Shown: positions 45,379 through 54,589 of the stretch, piece by piece
Layout: each line of letters begins with the position of its first letter
Position numbering within the stretch: the first letter of the stretch is position 1
Assembly: GCA_002238945.1 (NCBI GenBank)
Contig: MPNI01000002.1
Coordinates: forward strand, 72,855 to 136,854
From: Proteobacteria bacterium bin106
GTDB taxonomy: Bacteria > Bdellovibrionota_B > Oligoflexia > Oligoflexales > Bin106
Reading direction: 5' to 3'
DNA length: 64,000 nucleotides
The notes under the pieces: generated by a model
What the model was told of the DNA's origin: nothing
The model's database searches: none
What the model saw: the letters and a program-made list of their open reading frames with translations, nothing else
Program-made: the position numbers and the translations under genes

Positions 45379-46950
45379 ATGATGCAACCAGCAAAACAGC
45401 TTCTGGCAAAAATAGTGTTAGTAAGAATTGTGATAACCACCTTTTATAAAAACATAACTGACAGTTTTTTGTGGCACAAACTTATACTTTCTCGTTTTGC
45501 AAGAATATGCCTCATACCTGTCGTTATCATAAGTGTATCGAGCTCACCATACGCACAAGCTGAACCCGAACTCGAAACAGAACTCTCTGAAGAAAATTAT
45601 TTTATCCCTGACTATCTCCCCGATTACCTTGTTCATGCTGCAACAAGCCCGCTAGCCCTTGGAGCAGCATTGCAGGTTTTTTCTCCAAAAATGCTACAAC
45701 CTCCTTTTATAAACATCCCTAAAACTGTCTTTAAAAGATCTGCACTTTATACCGCAGCAGCTTTAGGAGTGGGAGCATATGTTCATCATAAAACCACCGG
45801 CCAAGAGACAGCTTTAGATGCTGTGTGGATGAGTCATGGTGAACAAACTCACTCAAACGAGGGCGTTTGGTCTGAGGCAGCTCCCTCTGAGACCGACTTT
45901 CTAGCTGCTGGTAGCCCCAAAGAGCCCAAATTAGTGCCTGCAGCACCGCCACATTCTGATGCCGCAGATAACACACAAGATGTGCTGACTCTTTACAATA
46001 CACCTGTTAAAAGAATGTCTATGGCACTATCTGCTTCTTTAGCCTCTATATTGCCTTTGGTCTCAAATCTCACACAAACCACTTATGGTGCAAGCAATGT
46101 AGCTTTGCATAAAGAATTTTTTGTAAAAATGCTTAAAGCCTATAACCATTTTAATAACCTCAAAGCATCTCTTTTTACCATGCCCGCTTTACATCAAGCC
46201 TTACCTGAAAACATAGGCATCTTATATCGCTCACCTCACTCATTTGCTCTTGTGGAAACGTATGGCATCTTACAAAAAGTGAGTACTGCCTTAGATCTCT
46301 CACCTCAAGCTTTACAAAAAAATGCTCTCACTTGGAGCAATACCTCTTTAGAAGATAAAAAAGCTTTTTTAAACGCTTCTTACAAAGGCAACCATCCTGA
46401 AGGCTTAAAGGCTCATGACACTGCCACACAACTGCTTTTTACAAGCGTGCAACTTGAAGCCCTCTATGCCTTAGTATTTCCATTAGTCACCCGGCTTATG
46501 GCACAAAGAATGGATCCTAAGCAACAAGCATCTGGCAGAGAAACAAGAGCACTGATGAAATCTCTGGCTCTCAAAGAGCCCGTACTCAGTAGCCAGGATC
46601 AACAAGAGTTAGCTGTGGTCAAAGAATTTCAAAGCAAGCTGATTCAATTCATTATGAATGCCAACCAAGAAAGTCGTGCGAAACCAACGCAACCAACCCC
46701 CACAACCACCAGATCCACTCAAAATGGCCAAACGGTCATAACCGTGAGTTTAGGCGATGCGCAAGCTCCAACATTTCTTGAAAAAAAACCACCCACTCAA
46801 ACAAAAAACTCTCTTGGGCAGCAACAACTCAACAACATAGTCTCTGTGGAACAAACCAAAGGTATTCTTTACTCTGGCTCTTTTAAATACCTCAAACACT
46901 TCAAAAACACGTTACTGAACTATATAAGCAGTGATATAAGTAGTGAATAA
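45379..46950 (+). CDS. hypothetical secreted/membrane protein
   Basis: AAGGAG 7 nt upstream of ATG 45379. Hydrophobic segment ICLIPVVIISVSSSPYAQA|EPE. No family recognised. Confidence 0.45.
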   Translation: MMQPAKQLLAKIVLVRIVITTFYKNITDSFLWHKLILSRFARICLIPVVIISVSSSPYAQAEPELETELSEENYFIPDYLPDYLVHAATSPLALGAALQVFSPKMLQPPFINIPKTVFKRSALYTAAALGVGAYVHHKTTGQETALDAVWMSHGEQTHSNEGVWSEAAPSETDFLAAGSPKEPKLVPAAPPHSDAADNTQDVLTLYNTPVKRMSMALSASLASILPLVSNLTQTTYGASNVALHKEFFVKMLKAYNHFNNLKASLFTMPALHQALPENIGILYRSPHSFALVETYGILQKVSTALDLSPQALQKNALTWSNTSLEDKKAFLNASYKGNHPEGLKAHDTATQLLFTSVQLEALYALVFPLVTRLMAQRMDPKQQASGRETRALMKSLALKEPVLSSQDQQELAVVKEFQSKLIQFIMNANQESRAKPTQPTPTTTRSTQNGQTVITVSLGDAQAPTFLEKKPPTQTKNSLGQQQLNNIVSVEQTKGILYSGSFKYLKHFKNTLLNYISSDISSE

Positions 46951-46991
46951 GCAGCACCTATAAGTAAAAGTGATTTAAAAACTCATACACT

Positions 46992-48389
46992 TTAGGCAAG
47001 AATATCTTTGATATAAGACTGAAAAGCCAAGCCTCGAGCTGCAAAGTTTTGATATTCTCCAAAAGACTCACATCCAGGAGATAACACCAACACCACCTGC
47101 TGGTGCATTCGCCACCACTGAGCAAGTGCGCCATTGGGGGACATCAATTCTTTAAGCGATGGAGAAAGAACAGAGTCCCTAACAGCGGTTAAGCTTTTGG
47201 CTATGTCATGGCAAGCTTTTCCATAAATAAAGACTTTACAAATCTGCTTAAGATGTTCTGTAAGTAATGAAAAATCTTGATCTTTTTTAGGACAACCTCC
47301 CAAAATCACCGCCACATAACATGGCTTATAAGTCACCAAAATCCTACGTAAACCATAAGCCACAGCTTCCACATTGGTAGCTTTAGAGTCATCGATGGCC
47401 GTATAGATATGGCCTTTATAAGGAAATGTATGCTTACTGCAACGATGAGGCAAACCTTCAAAACTTTTGAGCACCGTTTTCATTGCTGATACGGGCATAT
47501 TTGCTACACGCATCATGGCATCTTTAAGCTTGATGTCATACCTTACTGTGCTGTTAGCCAAGGGATGATAACAACGTTGGTAATAAGCCTGAGCTGCTTC
47601 TTTAAGGGTGGTTATGGCTAAAGTTTCTAAAAGATCCTCCTCTTGTGCTGTCACTTCACAGTAACGATGCAGAGGAGCTGAAAGATTATGGGTGTGTGCT
47701 ATATCCATCACCGCTTTGGTAGTAATAAAAGGCGGTGGTATGGCACAACGGTTGTTATACAGTGATATCAGCCGCCATTTTGTTTGAATGTAGCAAGCAA
47801 GGCTCTGATGACGATTGAGGTGATCTTTACCCAGGCCTGTCATCACGCTGGCTAAAGCAGATATATGCTGACTACTTGCCAGCTGATAACTCGAAAGCTC
47901 CACCACATACCATGGTGTGTCATGCTCAGATAAAGCTGCCGTACTCATAGCAACACCGATATTTCCAAGCATCGGACACTTCAAACCATAGTGTTCACTG
48001 AGATAACTGATCATAGCTGTCAGGGTGGATTTGCCATTGGTACCTGTGACAGCTATCACCGGACGTGGTAGAAAAAACCAGCCAAAGTCAAGTTCTGAAA
48101 CACATCCACAACAGTGTTTCTGAGCAAACTGGTACGTTTGCGTTGTTTCAGGTATACCCGGTGAAGGCATAAACCATAAATCTTTTAAGCATATATTTTT
48201 TTGCTGGATACTACTGGCATATGATCTGATATCTGCTGGAATATCCATATGATCGTGTGGTTTAACGAACGCATCATCCCATAGATGAAACGCAATATGA
48301 TGTTTCATGGCAAGTCTTGCTGCTGCAAGACCACTGATACCCACACCATAAATCAACAATCCCTGAAAAAAACGCTTTTTTTTAGGCAT
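46992..48389 (-). CDS. murD: UDP-N-acetylmuramoylalanine--D-glutamate ligase
   Basis: N-terminal Rossmann GVGISGLAAARL, Mur ligase P-loop VTGTNGKST, and its position after mraY. Confidence 0.85.
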   Translation of the reverse strand: MPKKKRFFQGLLIYGVGISGLAAARLAMKHHIAFHLWDDAFVKPHDHMDIPADIRSYASSIQQKNICLKDLWFMPSPGIPETTQTYQFAQKHCCGCVSELDFGWFFLPRPVIAVTGTNGKSTLTAMISYLSEHYGLKCPMLGNIGVAMSTAALSEHDTPWYVVELSSYQLASSQHISALASVMTGLGKDHLNRHQSLACYIQTKWRLISLYNNRCAIPPPFITTKAVMDIAHTHNLSAPLHRYCEVTAQEEDLLETLAITTLKEAAQAYYQRCYHPLANSTVRYDIKLKDAMMRVANMPVSAMKTVLKSFEGLPHRCSKHTFPYKGHIYTAIDDSKATNVEAVAYGLRRILVTYKPCYVAVILGGCPKKDQDFSLLTEHLKQICKVFIYGKACHDIAKSLTAVRDSVLSPSLKELMSPNGALAQWWRMHQQVVLVLSPGCESFGEYQNFAARGLAFQSYIKDILA

Positions 48390-48458
48390 TGTTGAATGCT
48401 TCCCTCTCTATAAACACCTATTTTTTATAACCATATAACAAGAGGTATACAGCACACA

Positions 48459-49577
48459 TTAACGAAGCTTAAGACTTAACAACCCCACCATAGCTAAAAT
48501 AATAGCAATTATCCAAAAGCGTACAATCACCCTGGGCTCAGGCCAACCTTTTAACTCAAAATGATGATGAATAGGAGCCATTTTAAACAGCCTTTTACCT
48601 GTTAGCTTAAACGATATCACTTGTGTGATCACACTGAGTGTTTCTAAAACAAATATCCCACCGATAATCACCCATAAAATCTCATGACGTGTCAGAACAG
48701 CAAAAAGTCCTAAAGCTCCCCCCAAAGGCAAAGAGCCCACATCACCCATAAAGACCTGAGCTGGATAAGTATTATACCAAAGAAAGCCTAACCCTGCACC
48801 CACCATGGCTGCAGCAAAAATACTTAACTCTCCACTACCGGGCAGATGATGGTAATGTAAATACCGTGATATTTCGATATGCCCCGTCACATAAGCAAGA
48901 AGAGCGAAAGTAGCAGAAGCAATCATCACCGGACCAATAGCTAAACCATCCAAACCATCGGTGAGATTGACGGCATTTGAACTTCCCACAATCACCACAC
49001 ACGCAAACGGAATAGCGAGCCAACTTAAAGGGATAACCACCTGTTTTAAAAAAGGCACATACACCAGCGATAACTGCGGAGCTCCACTGTCTGCCAGTAC
49101 GTCATAAGAACCCTGATCACCGTACCAATACTGAAATATCACCACCACAATGGCTGCCACAGAAAACTGCCAGATCAACTTCCCATACGGTCTGACACCT
49201 TGTGAATTTTTGGCACGTATTTTTAAATAATCATCTAAAAAACCTAATGCACCATAACTAGCAACCACTATAAAAGGGAGCCACAGAAAAGGACTATTCA
49301 GGTCCATCCAAAGAAAACTCGGTATCAACACAGAAAGGATGATCAGTCCTCCTCCCATAGTGGGTGTACCACGCTTTACATAATGAGAATCAGGACCATC
49401 CTCTCTGATCACCTGCCGCAATTGACCATTTTTAAGACGCCGAATAAACCACGGAGAAAATATAAAACTGATCAACAAGGCACTTAAAAGAGCCATGGGA
49501 GCACGAAAAGTGATATAACGAGCCACATTCATCAAGGGCCATTCACTTGCAAGCATGGAAAACACATAAGGAATCAT
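48459..49577 (-). CDS. mraY: phospho-N-acetylmuramoyl-pentapeptide transferase
   Basis: GTPTMGG, NAVNLTDGLDGLA, MGDVGSLPLGG and APIHHHFELKGW motifs. Confidence 0.95.
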   Translation of the reverse strand: MIPYVFSMLASEWPLMNVARYITFRAPMALLSALLISFIFSPWFIRRLKNGQLRQVIREDGPDSHYVKRGTPTMGGGLIILSVLIPSFLWMDLNSPFLWLPFIVVASYGALGFLDDYLKIRAKNSQGVRPYGKLIWQFSVAAIVVVIFQYWYGDQGSYDVLADSGAPQLSLVYVPFLKQVVIPLSWLAIPFACVVIVGSSNAVNLTDGLDGLAIGPVMIASATFALLAYVTGHIEISRYLHYHHLPGSGELSIFAAAMVGAGLGFLWYNTYPAQVFMGDVGSLPLGGALGLFAVLTRHEILWVIIGGIFVLETLSVITQVISFKLTGKRLFKMAPIHHHFELKGWPEPRVIVRFWIIAIILAMVGLLSLKLR

Positions 49578-49584
49578 CTTTGAT

Positions 49585-51195
49585 TCATTCTAAATTTAAT
49601 GAAGCCACCATATCATCTGCCACCTTATCAAGCTTCATACCACGAGATCCCTTGATATACACCCATTGCCCGCCATACTCCAACCACTGTGTCATATAAT
49701 CCCTATACACCTCTGAGCTTAACAAATCATCCACTTTGGGATAATAGTGAATACATGCATTTTCCAAACCAGACACACGAGCAAAACCAGCCTTCATAGC
49801 CGCCCCTACCAACAACAAAGATGTATCTTTAAAAGAAAACCTTTCTGCAATCCACTCTCCCAACAAGCCATGTAGCGTACCAGAAGCAGCCCCCAAATCC
49901 AGCATATCTGCTAATATCAACACTTTTGTTGCTCTTGCAGCAAGCTTGTGAAAACTCAGTAACCCAGCACGCATACTCTGCAGATGAGCATTATAGCTAT
50001 CATCCACAACAGTCACACCCAAAGGCGATGATAGCAAACAAAACCGACCATTCAATGGCAAGAGCTTCAACTCAGAGCGTGCTTGTAACGCCTCTCCTCT
50101 ACCCAGTGCAAGTATCACAGCACAAGCAGCAGCCACATGCAAAGACGTGCTTTGATGCACACCTTTTACCGTAACCGTAACACTTACTGTATCACCTAGC
50201 TTGTCAGCTAGGTGATACAAAGAAGCAAGCTTTGAAGCTATGTTCATCTCCACAGTTGTGGATCTTGCTGCTACATCTAAATGACTGTGTTGAATACAGA
50301 CTTGAGCTTCTTTGCAAACCCCGAAACCATAACTCTGATCATGAGATAACATCACCTGCCTGATACGCTCATCATCCATCCATCCTACCCATTTAGCTTG
50401 CTTGCTATGATGGAACATTTCCAGTTTTCCAGCATAAAGATTGTCAAGAGATCTGATAGCTTGTAGATGACTTGGATAAACACAGGTAAGGACACACACT
50501 TGAGGACATGCCATCTTTAACAAAAAAGCAATATCTCCCTTGTGACGCATGCCCATTTCCACAATAAGATCATTGGTGGTTGGATGAGTTTGTAATAAGG
50601 TTTTAGCCACACCGATTTCATTGTTTTCATTGTTAACCGTTGCAGCTACCACATGACCTTGCCCCATCAACTCCATCAGCCATTTTTTCACATATTCTTT
50701 TAATGTGGTTTTACCAGATGATCCTGTAATAGCAATCACAGTGGTGTGTTTAAGGATCTGCCTACGATACACTCTACTAAGAACACAATACGCCTCTTTG
50801 CTGCAACGCACAGCTATGGCAACAACTTCAACTGGCTCACCTTGCTCACCTTGCTCATCAATCTCTTTTCTCATAGCTTTGATGTCATAGCGCTTGGGCT
50901 CATAAAAAAACCCACGCACTCCTTGCTGCACAGCTGCTGCTATAAAATCATGACCATCATAGTTCTTGCCAGCTAAAGGCATAAACACAGCATGATCAGC
51001 TAAATGACGGCTGTCTGTGGATAACCACTCTTGGGTGGGATCCACAATAAAGCTCGTTACAGAGCTAGTTTTAGGGCTAGTTTTAGGGCTAGCTTTAGGG
51101 CTAGTCTGAGCTCTTTGAGCCACACGGCTAGCACCTATAAAAACCTCTTCTTGTGCTAAAGCAGCCACAACATCAAAATAAGGCGTTTTATCCAC
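49585..51195 (-). CDS. murF: UDP-N-acetylmuramoyl-tripeptide--D-alanyl-D-alanine ligase (with an N-terminal PKTS repeat insertion)
   Basis: Mur ligase P-loop ITGSSGKTT, DDSYNA, and its position between murE and mraY. Contains the insertion SPKASPKTSPKTSS. Confidence 0.85.
   Translation of the reverse strand: MDKTPYFDVVAALAQEEVFIGASRVAQRAQTSPKASPKTSPKTSSVTSFIVDPTQEWLSTDSRHLADHAVFMPLAGKNYDGHDFIAAAVQQGVRGFFYEPKRYDIKAMRKEIDEQGEQGEPVEVVAIAVRCSKEAYCVLSRVYRRQILKHTTVIAITGSSGKTTLKEYVKKWLMELMGQGHVVAATVNNENNEIGVAKTLLQTHPTTNDLIVEMGMRHKGDIAFLLKMACPQVCVLTCVYPSHLQAIRSLDNLYAGKLEMFHHSKQAKWVGWMDDERIRQVMLSHDQSYGFGVCKEAQVCIQHSHLDVAARSTTVEMNIASKLASLYHLADKLGDTVSVTVTVKGVHQSTSLHVAAACAVILALGRGEALQARSELKLLPLNGRFCLLSSPLGVTVVDDSYNAHLQSMRAGLLSFHKLAARATKVLILADMLDLGAASGTLHGLLGEWIAERFSFKDTSLLLVGAAMKAGFARVSGLENACIHYYPKVDDLLSSEVYRDYMTQWLEYGGQWVYIKGSRGMKLDKVADDMVASLNLE
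51064..51111. repeat. 12-nt tandem repeat (gctagttttagg x3 plus a degenerate copy), in frame in murF
   Basis: Read directly; encodes (PKTS)n on the minus strand. The same 12-mer unit recurs at 54371-54394. Confidence 0.9.
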
Positions 51196-52696
51196 TCGTG
51201 TCTTTCATAAAAAACTCTTCCACAACGTTTCGATCCGAAAAAGGCACACTCACATCGCCTATGATTTGTCTATCTTCTACCCCTTTACCTGCAACCAACA
51301 CACTCACTTGCCCTTGATAATCTTTGATAGCCATTTTAAGAGCATATTCCACAGCTTCTCTACGATGGACATAAACATACACTCGTTTGTGATCCTGTGT
51401 GGTTAGGGCTACTTTGATGTCTTCAATGATCTTCAAAGGATCTTCGCTACGAGGATTATCACTGGTTAATACAATGGTCTCAGCTCCTTTTAGGGCTTCT
51501 TGCATCATCAAAGGACGTTTCTTACGATCCCGATCTCCTCCACAACCAAAAACACAGATAATAGGCAACCCAAATTGATGACGGATATCACACAAAGCCA
51601 GTTTCAATGCACGAGGACTGTGAGCATAATCAATGATCACATAAGGCACAGAGTGTACCACATTCATACGCCCAGGCACCTGTGGGAGTTGCTTAAAATC
51701 ACAACGATCCCACAACTCCTCAACTGTTATCTCAAGTGTTTGTGCTGCCACATGAGCAGCTAATACAAAGTTTCTTTGCATCACACCCACATAAGGAAAA
51801 CCACTACGAGCACCTCCAAAAGCAGCTACATCCACGCTCTTATACGGTACAGATTGAGCTTGCAATGTCTCACGGATAAGATGTTTGAAGCGAGGCACAC
51901 TCAAGACCTGTTGATCTATGAAAACAGCGCTCTTGGCTGTGATATAAGGATGCTGCAGGAGACGCACTTTAGCAGCAAAATACTGATCAAGACTCTTGTG
52001 CACATCCAGATGGTCCTGAGAGAAACTGGTCCATACAACAGCACAAAAACACATGCCATATAATCGGTGTTGTTCAAGACTATGAGATGACACCTCCATA
52101 ACCAACCAAGTGATGCCTTGTTGTACAGCAGAGAATAACACAGGAAAGAGTCGATCTGGATTAGGTGTTGTATGGGTGTTAAAAGATAAAAGAGGAAAAC
52201 GTTCCGTGCTTTCCAGATCCCCAAGTAACCCTAACGTTCCTAAAGCCATATGCTTCACTGCCAGCTGTTTCCATAACTGATGGACCATAAACACCGTCGA
52301 ACTTTTACCATTCGTTCCTGTAACGGCAATAGAGCGTAGCTGATTTTGAGGATGATCATAAATATATGACATCCCAAGAGCCCAACCCTTTCTCGCATCT
52401 GTCAGCTGAATATAAGAGATGTTCTTCAGCCTATCTTTGGTGATAGCTGTTATATCTTCAAGAAGATATAACAGGATAGGTTTTGTAGCTTTCCTGTGTA
52501 ATCGCAGGTGATGATCAAAATGCACGCCTTTATATAACACCACTCCCCATAAAGGATCTTGATGATCATCCCATAAGGTGAGTCCTTTAATGGGCTGTAA
52601 AGGATTGAGCAATTGAGCCCCTACCACCAAGCCTTTGCTGGTTAACATGTCACAGAGCATGGAGTGGGTTTTCATGGCTGGGGAAGGCATCATCAC
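51188..52696 (-). CDS. murE: UDP-N-acetylmuramoyl-L-alanyl-D-glutamate--2,6-diaminopimelate ligase
   Basis: VTGTNGKSS P-loop, IIDYAHSP, CVFGCGGDRDRKKRP, SDNPRSEDP. 8-nt overlap with murF. Confidence 0.9.
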   Translation of the reverse strand: MMMPSPAMKTHSMLCDMLTSKGLVVGAQLLNPLQPIKGLTLWDDHQDPLWGVVLYKGVHFDHHLRLHRKATKPILLYLLEDITAITKDRLKNISYIQLTDARKGWALGMSYIYDHPQNQLRSIAVTGTNGKSSTVFMVHQLWKQLAVKHMALGTLGLLGDLESTERFPLLSFNTHTTPNPDRLFPVLFSAVQQGITWLVMEVSSHSLEQHRLYGMCFCAVVWTSFSQDHLDVHKSLDQYFAAKVRLLQHPYITAKSAVFIDQQVLSVPRFKHLIRETLQAQSVPYKSVDVAAFGGARSGFPYVGVMQRNFVLAAHVAAQTLEITVEELWDRCDFKQLPQVPGRMNVVHSVPYVIIDYAHSPRALKLALCDIRHQFGLPIICVFGCGGDRDRKKRPLMMQEALKGAETIVLTSDNPRSEDPLKIIEDIKVALTTQDHKRVYVYVHRREAVEYALKMAIKDYQGQVSVLVAGKGVEDRQIIGDVSVPFSDRNVVEEFFMKDTSG

Positions 52697-52734
52697 CGAC
52701 GATTATCTGTTATAAATCATCCGTTCTCAATGTG

Positions 52735-54138
52735 CTAAGGATCTTGGTTCTTCTCAGCATTCTTAGAATCCTGTGAGTCAGCAGGGAGTTGTTGAGTACT
52801 GAGAAGCTCTACTTCAAGTGTTTCCAGCTTGGCTTGAATCACCTCCAAATTGCCCTGAACTCTATTTAACCACCGAGAGGTAGGATAAGAGGCCATGGCT
52901 TCTTGTAACTTCTTTTCTGCATCACGCAAGTACGTTATTTTTCTTTGTAAAGAATTCACACGTACATGGTTTTGAAACAATTGAGCCGCTTCTTTGCGCA
53001 ATTCACTCACTGCAGCATCTGAATATTGAGCTGCCAAAGAACGAGCACTGCCAAAATGAGGCGATGATTGAGGAATGCCCTCTAACAAAGCCACCGCCTT
53101 TTTATACTCTTCTTTCACATAAAGGTCTTTAGCTTGACGAATCAGCTTATCGCCTTCAGCAAACACTCCCGCTGAATATTCCTGTTGTGGCTTTTCTTGA
53201 AGAGTGTTCACTTCTGGCAAAACTGCTGGCACAGACACAGGAGATGAAAACTGCTCAGAGTCTTCTCCTGCTGAGTCATAACTTTCAATCAAACGATCCA
53301 GCCCTGTCCATAAACGTGATTTAGGCTTCACAAATGACACCACAGAAAGAATAGTGCTGTCTTTAGCACCCACATACATCAACACCAATAAAGTCACATG
53401 AAATATGGTTGGATGAAAAAGGATACGATTATTTTTTAACTCATACACCAAGTTTAAACGATACTCTTTAGCTAAATCCGATAACAGCTCAGCGGATTCT
53501 TCATCCGTTACCCCCTCATCTTTTGAACGATTTTGCAAAAGATGCTCAAATTCCACCACAGCATGTTCTAGCAATGCTAGAAACAAAATAGCTTTTTCTT
53601 TATCCGTACGACTATCAGGATCCTGATCCATAAGATACTCAATAATCTGCTCTTGTTTCACAGAAACGTTAGCTGTAAATATACGCCCTGTAGCCACTAT
53701 GTTACGTCCATAACGCAACAAACTTTTCCATAATTGATCCATTTCTTCTACAGTAGGAGCAACCATCACCACATCATCAAAATCGCCATCAAACACCGGT
53801 TGAGATATGGATAACTCTTCTGGCCCCAATACAGATAAACCCGATGAATCAGATGAAGACACATCCACATCTACTCCTGCTAAAGAGTTGGATGGAGACA
53901 AAGCTGTTTTTTCTTTCATATCCTTGGCAAGATTTTTGTTCTTAAGAGAGTTTTCTTTACTTTTGTTTTTCTCTTGTTCTTTCTTTTGTGTATCCATTTT
54001 TTCTGGAAGTGTTGCAGAATCCTCAATAGGCGATTCTACAGATGATGTCACACAACCTGTTGTTGCAAAAAGCATAACAGCCATAAAAATGCATACATAA
54101 TATACAGACATATGTTGTAGTGATGAAAAATGTTTCAT
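52735..54138 (-). CDS. lipoprotein, hypothetical (acidic linker and helical/TPR-like C-terminal region)
   Basis: Signal/lipobox MKHFSS...VMLFATTGC|V. No penicillin-binding motifs despite occupying the position upstream of murE. Confidence 0.5.
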   Translation of the reverse strand: MKHFSSLQHMSVYYVCIFMAVMLFATTGCVTSSVESPIEDSATLPEKMDTQKKEQEKNKSKENSLKNKNLAKDMKEKTALSPSNSLAGVDVDVSSSDSSGLSVLGPEELSISQPVFDGDFDDVVMVAPTVEEMDQLWKSLLRYGRNIVATGRIFTANVSVKQEQIIEYLMDQDPDSRTDKEKAILFLALLEHAVVEFEHLLQNRSKDEGVTDEESAELLSDLAKEYRLNLVYELKNNRILFHPTIFHVTLLVLMYVGAKDSTILSVVSFVKPKSRLWTGLDRLIESYDSAGEDSEQFSSPVSVPAVLPEVNTLQEKPQQEYSAGVFAEGDKLIRQAKDLYVKEEYKKAVALLEGIPQSSPHFGSARSLAAQYSDAAVSELRKEAAQLFQNHVRVNSLQRKITYLRDAEKKLQEAMASYPTSRWLNRVQGNLEVIQAKLETLEVELLSTQQLPADSQDSKNAEKNQDP

Positions 54139-54144
54139 GGTTTT

Positions 54145-54256
54145 CTTTATGTGAGTTGCTTTATGTGAGTTGCTTTATGTGAGTTGCTTTATGTGAGTTG
54201 CTTTATGTGAGTTGCTTTATGTGAGTTGCTTTATGTGAGTTGCTTTACGTGAGTAA
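54145..54256. repeat. 14-nt tandem repeat (ctttatgtgagttg, 7 perfect copies plus 1 degenerate)
   Basis: Read directly. The array ends 6 nt upstream of the ATG (54138) of the lipoprotein gene. Confidence 0.95.
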
Positions 54257-54346
54257 CTGGCACAAAGTGTTTTTATATTGTTTATATACATGATCACAGT
54301 CATTATGCGTTGTTCTTTGGTTTTTTGATGTTATGGGTTCTTTTTG

Positions 54347-54406
54347 GCTAGTTTTATAGCTAGTTTTATAGCTAGTTTTAGGGCTAGTTTTAGGGCTAGG
54401 TTTACT
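54347..54406. repeat. 12-nt tandem repeat (gctagttttata x2, gctagttttagg x2, gctaggtttact)
   Basis: Read directly. Confidence 0.9.
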
Positions 54407-54444
54407 GTTTATTGCTGATAAGAAACTCAAAAAAAGCACTCTTA

Positions 54445-54496
54445 TAACTTATACCGATAACTTATACCTATAATTCATATCTATAACTCATATCAT
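54445..54496. repeat. 13-nt tandem repeat (ataacttataccg-like, x4, diverging)
   Basis: Read directly. Confidence 0.8.
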
Positions 54497-54589
54497 TTTG
54501 AGAGCACCATAAAAACCCGCAGAGCTTTCTTGTTACGACTTAGTTTACTACATGCCAGAGGTGAAACAAAAGCAAGGCTATGGGCAATC

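Noticed and set aside
54245-54439. 64-aa minus-strand ORF (MLFLSFLSAINSKPSPKTSPKTSYKTSYKTS...).
   Set aside because: GTG start with no SD. Most of its length is the translation of the 12-mer array, and it terminates in the first copy of the 14-mer array. I do not report it as a CDS, although a short expressed peptide cannot be excluded.
54145-54496. The tandem arrays considered as a CRISPR array.
   Set aside because: The units are 12-14 nt and directly abutting, with no unique spacers. There are no cas genes in the window. These are simple tandem repeats.
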